NCBI GenBank assembly: GCA_964441065.1
Contig: CAYTWD010000001.1
Location: 73,285-137,284, forward strand
DNA length: 64,000 bases
Source of the DNA: an uncultured Candidatus Peribacteria bacterium
GTDB lineage: Bacteria > Patescibacteriota > Gracilibacteria > UBA1369 > 2-02-FULL-48-14
Direction: 5' to 3'
Shown here: positions 63,939-64,000 of the stretch, one piece after another
Layout of the letters: every line of letters begins with the position of its first letter
Numbering within the stretch: the first letter of the stretch is position 1
Notes under the pieces: generated by a model
What the model was told of the DNA's origin: nothing
Database searches by the model: none
The model's input: the letters and a program-made list of their open reading frames with translations, nothing else
Translations under genes and position numbers: made by a program

Positions 63939-64000
63939 GACATGATTTCACTAAGACGAAATCAGCCAGCACATTGACAACACAAAAACAAAAATAAAAA

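Noticed and set aside
1-64000. CRISPR arrays, rRNA or tRNA genes, IS elements, prophage
   Set aside because: I saw no regularly spaced direct repeats, no tRNA-like T-loop/acceptor patterns in the longer spacers (18489-18736, 19523-19687, 37518-37941, 54219-54389, 63789-64000), and no transposase, integrase, capsid or terminase-like ORFs. This was an eye scan only, so tRNAscan/Infernal should confirm it.
1-64000. Alternative genetic code (UGA recoded, as in Gracilibacteria/SR1/Absconditabacteria)
   Set aside because: Conserved genes (aroE, murG, miaB, alaS, mutL, purH, purN, sdaA) are full length without in-frame TGA. Several end at TGA, including the ATGA junctions, so TGA acts as a stop.

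Overview
This is an AT-rich, very compact bacterial window. Many adjacent genes overlap by 1-16 nt or meet at ATGA/TAATG junctions. All conserved genes read full length with TGA as a stop, so it uses the standard code. I support about 58 protein genes. By eye I found no rRNA, tRNA, CRISPR array, transposase or integrase.

Housekeeping content:
- Cell envelope: lspA, ftsW-murG-GT4, a LysM/M23 peptidase, yidD and a DUF4012 protein.
- Translation and repair: miaB, alaS, mutL and csaA.
- Purine synthesis: purH, purN and two tandem archaeal-type purP genes.
- Energy and amino-acid metabolism: a two-subunit 2-oxoacid:ferredoxin oxidoreductase with two ferredoxins, sdaAA/sdaAB and aroE.

Gene content and style (small TrmB-like regulators, DUF4012, a soluble VirD4/TraD-like ATPase, few Shine-Dalgarno sites) suggest a small-genome uncultivated lineage such as CPR/Patescibacteria. 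That is inference only.

Accessory content worth attention:
1. The strongest candidate for an undescribed system is a family of about 540-aa Cys-rich proteins capped at both ends by double zinc-ribbon modules.
   - Five tandem paralogs lie at 44888-54218.
   - A sixth, naturally split copy lies at 19688-20973.
   - Both loci sit next to divergently transcribed TrmB-like regulators.
   - One sub-array is operonic with csaA (a tRNA-binding fold), a VirD4/TraD-like P-loop ATPase, a 251-aa protein with a lyase-like motif, and an MFS transporter.
2. A 10-kb co-directional block (2756-12506) encodes two giant internally repetitive proteins (1112 and 1071 aa). It also encodes two tandem parallel-beta-helix paralogs, the second of which is frameshifted.
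3. Toxin-antitoxin remnants are present: hicB with a decayed hicA, and a relE/parE pair fused onto the purN operon.

Functions of the accessory proteins are not established. All domain calls come from motif recognition by eye and need HMM or structure searches.
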